IMG/VR virus record: IMGVR_UViG_3300031760_000018
Span: 1-64,000 of that record
DNA length: 64,000 nucleotides
Direction: 5' to 3' (one strand)
DNA from: a virus
Taxonomy: Duplodnaviria > Caudoviricetes
Shown: positions 63,630 to 64,000 of the stretch, in pieces
How positions within the stretch are numbered: the stretch's first letter is position 1
Layout of the letters: the number at the start of each line of letters is the position of its first letter
Made by a program: the position numbers and the translations under genes
Notes under the pieces: model-generated
The model's input: the letters and a program-made list of their open reading frames with translations, nothing else
The model's database searches: none
What the model was told of the DNA's origin: nothing

Positions 63630-64000
63630 TTAAGGGTTCCCAGGATCTGGGGTAGGTGTGACAGGAGTAGTAGGATTCTGGTCACCAGTATAAACACCAA
63701 ACTGACCTTCAAGATCCTTATTTACATAAATACAAATATCAGGAGTCATAACTACGCCTACGCCAACCTTCTTATAAACCTGAATTTCACGAGAACGATC
63801 CTTGTTAACATATTCATCAACAATGGTGGAACCTTCCATAACGATCTTAACAGGTTTTACATTTCCAGGAAGAATGTAGCAATAACCAGGATCAATAACC
63901 TTGGTAGTATGAGTTGCATCAGTGAATCCCTGAGGAAGAATGTTAATAATATGATTACGATAAGATGCAAAACGTCCATTGTTCCACAAAGTATCCTTCA
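63630..64000 (-). CDS. Major capsid protein, C-terminal part (5' end outside the window)
   Basis: 'KPVKIVMEG..DRSREIQVYKKVGVGVV' resembles HK97-fold capsid C-termini. It precedes the head-tail joining genes, has no TAG in the visible part and ends in TAA. Confidence 0.7.
   Translation of the reverse strand, partial: KDTLWNNGRFASYRNHIINILPQGFTDATHTTKVIDPGYCYILPGNVKPVKIVMEGSTIVDEYVNKDRSREIQVYKKVGVGVVMTPDICIYVNKDLEGQFGVYTGDQNPTTPVTPTPDPGNP

Noticed and set aside
1-64000. Region is a decayed prophage full of pseudogenes, or a low-quality sequence
   Set aside because: The breaks I checked are all TAG, never frameshifts or TAA/TGA. Frames hold over 9-15 kb and RBSs and gene overlaps are intact, which fits recoding rather than decay.
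1-64000. Suppressor tRNA, release factor, CRISPR array or rRNA
   Set aside because: Intergenic gaps are about 110 nt or less and are occupied by terminators, motifs and RBSs. I saw no cloverleaf or repeat-spacer array, so the recoding machinery must lie elsewhere.

Overview
This window is the virion morphogenesis region of a large, AT-rich tailed phage. Strong AGGAG(G) Shine-Dalgarno sites and the gene order suggest a Bacillota host. No tail sheath gene is recognisable, so a long non-contractile tail is likely. All genes are on the minus strand. The supplied ORF track looks shredded because the phage appears to read TAG as glutamine (genetic code 15). With TAG read through, the fragments join in frame into 26 tightly packed genes. 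The 25 genes whose 3' ends lie in the window all stop at TAA or TGA. In order of transcription they are: major capsid C-terminus, head-tail joining genes, tail tube, a hidden nuclease-like gene, a putative chaperone, a ~5,094-aa tape measure protein (TMP), a ~3,038-aa tail-tip protein, baseplate genes, a ~2,718-aa CotH-kinase/LRR virion protein, two BppU-like proteins and tail fibres. The most striking feature is a pair of tandem 137-aa intein-like Hint domains (Cys...His-Asn, each followed by Lys rather than Cys/Ser/Thr) in a Gly-rich linker of the TMP, suggesting a self-processing tape measure protein. Other leads are a repeated bipartite candidate late promoter, uneven TAG use between genes, and a possible plug-and-socket motif pair among appendage proteins. 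Product names come from motif recognition and gene order only; no database search was run. The very long genes were joined by frame arithmetic and spot checks, not by reading every codon.
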